Shown: positions 59,001 to 64,000 of the stretch, one piece after another
How positions within the stretch are numbered: position 1 is the stretch's first letter
How the letters are laid out: each line of letters starts with the position of its first letter
Origin: Owenia fusiformis
Lineage: Eukaryota
Direction of reading: 5' to 3'
Assembly: GCA_903813345.2 (NCBI GenBank)
Contig: CAIIXF020000001.1
Coordinates: forward strand, 35,216,001 to 35,280,000
DNA length: 64,000 bases
Position numbers and translations under genes: made by a program
Notes under the pieces: model-generated
Databases searched by the model: none
Told to the model about the DNA's origin: nothing
Seen by the model: only the letters and a program-made list of their open reading frames with translations

Positions 59001-62000
59001 GATACACCCATCTACAACACAAGAACACCATGGAATTACAATACAATGAAAGGGCAGGAAGGACATCCTCAAAGGCCTGCTACAAAGCTATCCACCACTG
59101 ATACACCCATCTACAACACAAGAACACCATGGAATTACAATACGATGAAAGGGCAGGAAGGACATCCTCAAAGGCCTGCTACAAAGCTATCCACCACTGA
59201 TACACCCATCTACAACACAAGAACACCATGGAATTACAATACGATGAAAGGGCAGGAAGGACATCCTCCAAGGCCTGCTACAGAGCTATTCACAACTGAT
59301 ACACCCATCTACAACACAAGAACACCATGGAATTACAGTAAAATAAAAGGGCAGGAAGGACATCCTCCAAGGCCTGCTACAGAGCTATCCACCACTGATA
59401 CACCCATCTACAACACAAGAACACCATGGGATTACAATACGATGAAAGGGCAGGAAGGACATCCTCCAAGGCCTGCTACTGAGCTATTCACAACTGATAC
59501 ACCCATCTACAACACAAGAACACCATGGAATTACAGTAAAATAAAAGGGCAGGAAGGACATCCTCCAAGGCCGGCTACAGAGCTATCCACCACTGATACA
59601 ACCATCTACAACACAAGAACACCATGGAATTACAATACAATGAAAGGGCAGGAAGGACATCCTCCAAGGCCTGCTACAGAGCTATCCACAACTGATACAC
59701 CCATCTACAACACAAGAACACCATGGAATTACAATACAATGAAAGGGCAGGAAGGACATCCTCCAAGGCCTGCTACAGAGCTATTCACAACTGATACACC
59801 CATCTACAACACAAGAACACCATGGAATTACAATACGATGAAAGGGCAGGAAGGACATCCTCCAAGGCCTGCTACTGAGCTATCCACAACTGACACACCC
59901 ATCTACAACACAAGAACACCATGGAATTACAATACGATGAAAGGGCAGGAAGGACATCCTCCAAGGCCTGCTACAGAGCTATCCACAACTGACACACCCA
60001 TCTACAACACAAGAACACCATGGAATTACAATACGATGAAAGGGCAGGAAGGACATCCTCCAAGGCCTGCTACTGAGCTATCCACAACTGATACACCCAT
60101 CTACAACACAAGAACACCATGGAATTACAATACGATGAAAGGGCAGGAAGGACATCCTCCAAGGCCTGCTACTGAGCTATCCACAACTGACACACCCATC
60201 TACAACACAAGAACACCATGGAATTACAATACGATGAAAGGGCAGGAAGGACATCCTCCAAGGCCTGCTACTGAGCTATTCACAACTGATACACCCATCT
60301 ATAACACAAGAACACCATGGAATTACAATACGATGAAAGGGCAGGAAGGACATCCTCCAAGGCCTGCTACAGAGCTATCCACCACTGATACACCCATCTA
60401 CAACACAAGAACACCATGGAATTACAATACGATGAAAGGGCAGGAAGGACATCCTGAAAGGCCTGCTACAGAGCTATCCACAACTGTTACACCTATCTAC
60501 AACACAAGAACACCATGGAATTACAATACGATGAAAGGGCAGGAAGGACATCCTCAAAGGCCTGCTACAGAGCTATCCACAACTGTTACACCTATCTACA
60601 ACACAAGAACACCATGGCATTACAATACAATGAAAGGACAGGCCTTAGATCTGCTAATACATACAACTCTTGAATTTGGTACCCGATTTTACAAGAAAAA
60701 CACCAACTCTCTAGAGTAGCAAATCACAATGCATAAATACGTATTTTATCAAAATGGTTTTGAACATATCATGACTGTAATAACCAGGCAATAGGATTGT
60801 TGTCTTAAGTAATATCTATTATCTACACCTACACCAATTTAATTAGGTGAATCAGCTAAACACATTTTTTGTTGACTCAGTTTTTTATAATCGTGTTGAC
60901 TAATTTTTTCCGCCTCTTTCACCATCACTTATAATATAATTTGCCAGAGATTTCTCATATCATGCCTCATTACAGTGAAACCTGCATATCCGAACACCTC
61001 TTTTATCCGAACATCTCTCAATGTGAACACCTTTTCTTGGTCCTAATTTTATTCCCATTGATTTTCATGTTTATAAAACCTTGGAATGTGAACACCTGCT
61101 AATCTGAATACTTTTGGTCAGTCCCAGAGGCATTCGGATTAGATAGGTTTTACTGTACTATTCTTTACGTAAACGTAAGTCATCATATGATGCAGATTGT
61201 GTAAGAATGAAGGCGTAATTGAGTGCTCTTTACATCAGTTAAATGTAATTTTGTAAAGTTAATAAGTAGAATAAAAGCAATAATTTGTGAATATTGCAAA
61301 ATATTGCAAGTTAGTCATTACTCTTTGTGTCAGTAACATTTAATTCAGAAAAATCAGTAGGCACTAACATTGTGAAATTAAAAAAAAAAGATTTTACATA
61401 AGTAAATTCTGTAAAATAATTAGGCACTAATATTGTGAAAATGGTTTACAAAATGAAATGCGTCAAATCAATGACGTAAACAATATCCATATTGCTATGA
61501 AACACAAGAAGAAATGACGACAATATTCTACACTGTAATACAAGTCATTTACCGGACAGAATGTCACCACTTGGCTGTATGTAGTATTAGGGACCAATGG
61601 AAAACTTCAATGTTAGAGAGTGAACTATATTCTAAAAGTTAACTCTCAGATACCCCCTCCCCTGTAAACTATACATGTATATGAGAAATGTTGACACTCA
61701 TAATTCTAACAGGTTTCCAACTTTTGGCAACCTATATAGGACTTTAATTTTCTTTTTGACTATCATGTATTCCTTTATAAGGGATGATTGCTTTATTTAG
61801 TGAACAACTTTGAGCTTTTGTATTGCAGTCTTACATGTATCTAAAGCTGATAACTGTCCACTAGACAGACTAATGGCATTGTTCAGCATGAAAAATGTTG
61901 CCTTTGGTACCACTACAATACCACAAGATGATGTGGGTTGTGTTTTGAAAAAACTGACCACCGAACATTAATCACCAAATGCCAACCGCTGAATACAGTT

Positions 62001-63667
62001 CACAAAAAAGTTGGGAAATATAACAATATGTCACCATTTCTGGTGGTAACATAAAAAACATTTTGAAATGATACACACCTGTAGAGCTGCATATATATTA
62101 CTGATTGCCTGTCCATATGTATCATGACAATGCACAGCTAGCTTGTTTAAAGGAACACACTTAGCAACTTCCTCTAACATCTCAGACATGGCTATGGGTG
62201 TAGCTACACCTATAGTGTCACCTAGCGATATCTCACAGCATCCCATATCATATAGTTGCTTGGATACCTGCAAACAGTGTATTGTAGGTAGAGGTGCATC
62301 AAGGAAAATGGAGGGGAATTATGGGAAACAAGTCCTTTCAGACGCATTTGCGGAGAAACTGTTCAATATCATTTTATTCATTTTATGAGACACACTTTAA
62401 ATGCAGAACTGCTGGATGTACCGTATGTTAATAACCATTTTTAAGGAGGTAATTTCCTTTTTTTGACGAAAGATCGTATAAGATTGTGACCAATAGAAGC
62501 GGGCTAAGCAATATCACTTCACTAAGAATATCACTTCTTAGAGCAGATTGAACAAGCACATTTATCTGGCCTGAATTAAGCACAGGTCAAAGGGTTTAAT
62601 CAAAGCACAATCTAATCTTGAGTCATTATTGGGCAACTTTCCCATTAATAAACCTGTGACCCATATGATCTGGAGCCAATCTGCGTGAATCAACCTGACA
62701 AACTAGAAAACAGCAACTCCTCGGAGTAGCAAATCATCTTAAAAATGTCTTCTTGAGCAGGGCTCCTTTGTACCCAGACAACAGCATATAAAATTTGAAC
62801 CAAATCCATCCACTAGTATTTGAGTTATCAAAGATTATATTTTTTCCGAAAAATGGCTGCCATTTTGAATTAAGTGGCCATATTGAAAATTCCTTCTCAA
62901 ACAGAGGTCCTACACCCATAAGGCATAAGCCTATAAAATTTGAATGAAATCCGTCAACCGATATTTGATTTATTGCCCGGACACACAAACAGACGGACGG
63001 CTTTCCTATATCCCTCTCGAACTTCGTACAGTGGGATAATAAGTCTTACCTCAGCTACTTTTATAGGGTGAATCTTTCCTTCATACGGGCAACCCACTAC
63101 ACAAGACACATACCTGGAACAATCAAATACAACATTGATTACCCTGAATATACCTAAATATTCTGGAGGCAGTAATAGTCTATATACCACTTATCTCTGC
63201 AGCAAGCAAATAAATGACAATATCTTGATAAGTCTCAGAACTATTTCTATGACAGGGACAATAAAGTGTCTTTTAATAATAAATGTCTTATAAACAGGTT
63301 TAACAGTGCAGAACACATGAACATTTCTTCAGTACACATTATATAAGTTAAGTAAGCTTACATATACATGTACATGTATAAGTCAATCACCTGGAGGAAT
63401 TAAGGACATGTTGAATACGTAATACAAGCTGTAAACAAAATAACAAACACTAGCAAATCAAACACATAATCTGTGTATATTGTGAAAAACTGCCATTTAT
63501 GAGAAGTGCCAACAAAGAATATGTATTTAGTAGAATGGAATCATAAGTAAGGATTGAAAACAAGGAATGGTACATACCCCCTGACAGGTATTTTGTCTCT
63601 CTTTGCTGCCTCCATTACCTCAGACGACCTGCGCAAACTCTCTGCAATGTCGCAGTTAATATTTTTT
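56005..63667 (-). CDS. HMGCL: Hydroxymethylglutaryl-CoA lyase, last 5 exons (5' exons not identified in the window)
   Basis: Exons 63667-63578, 63113-63050, 62267-62079, 57032-56907, 56106-56005 (TGA); phases consistent. Motifs [66 protein letters not shown]-terminus AKSKL. Confidence 0.96.
56981..60641 (-). repeat. 99-bp tandem array (~37 units) spanning an HMGCL intron/exon junction
   Basis: Minus-strand unit CCTGCCCTTTCATCGTATTGTAATTCCATGGTGTTCTTGTGTTGTAG|ATGGGTGTATCAGTTGTGGATAGCTCTGTAGCAGGCCTTGGAGGATGTCCTT; units differ by only a few substitutions. Confidence 0.97.
60973..61155. mobile_element. Short TA-flanked MITE (pogo/Tigger-like termini)
   Basis: TA|CAGTGAAACCTGCATATCCGAA ... TTCGGATTAGATAGGTTTTACTG|TA; internal (A/T)TCCGAACAC subrepeats; related fragment at ~2600-2690. 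Confidence 0.7.
61540..62057 (-). mobile_element. Diverged HINE-like family B element
   Basis: Reverse-strand 5' end TTTTTTATGTTACCACCAGAAATGGTGACATATTGTTAT and 3' end GTGGTGACATTCTGTCCGGTAAATGACTTG. Confidence 0.6.
62702..63042 (-). mobile_element. HINE-like family A element, short copy
   Basis: Reverse strand reads TTATTATCCCACTGTACGAAGTTCGAGAGGGATATAGG..CCGTCCGTCTG.. and ends GATTTGCTACTCCGAGGAGTTGCTGTTTTCTAG; colinear with 1-753. Confidence 0.8.
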
Positions 63668-64000
63668 CTGGAATAAAATTCAAATTTTAAGTTTTGGTAC
63701 ATCCCATATCCAATCCTTCCCGATTATTACATTTTAAATAAGAATCAATGTACATGTATATTAAGGACATTTAGTACATTTGATGTGTGAGAACAGTATT
63801 ACCAATAATTTTAACTACTAAGATGTTTGCAATTTAGATTGCAATGAAAAAAATTAACAGCAAATAATCATGGAGGTTGAAATAATAATTTATTCCGTAT
63901 TGTATATTCGCATTAGGGCATTAGGGACTCATCAAGCAAAGGTAATGGCCGTCACCTTCGCATCAAAGATGGCGGATGGGAAGTGTCGATTTCGATGCTT

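Noticed and set aside
56981..60641. Array of mutually exclusive or tandem functional exons
   Set aside because: Units hold only 52 of 126 exon nt, lack a credible donor, and the 47-nt intervening part contains in-frame stops.
57051..60719. 1222-aa repetitive ORF as a real mucin/adhesin-like gene
   Set aside because: It is the antisense reading of a 99-bp array derived from the HMGCL intron/exon junction, with no signal peptide or unique domain.

Overview
AT-rich, intron-rich eukaryotic (animal) DNA; the transposon complement suggests a marine invertebrate such as a mollusc or annelid (inference). Four spliced genes were reconstructed by hand with GT-AG borders and consistent phases: PASK (+, ~16-36 kb, first coding exon not found), EMC2 (-, 42634-49320, complete, 293 aa), DNALI1 (+, 49477-54398, complete, 258 aa) and the 3' part of HMGCL (-, 56005 to at least 63667, ending in SKL). 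EMC2 and DNALI1 are head-to-head, 156 bp apart. Introns and intergenic DNA hold two LINEs, LINE fragments, Tc1/mariner derivatives, MITEs and two families of Helentron-type non-autonomous elements. The most striking signal is two unrelated tandem arrays whose units are copies of an exon-intron junction of the host gene. A 99-bp x ~37 array in HMGCL creates ~36 decoy 3' splice sites ahead of the catalytic-Cys exon. A 44-bp x ~22 array in EMC2 creates ~20 decoy 5' splice sites. The 1222-aa ORF is an antisense by-product of the 99-bp array.
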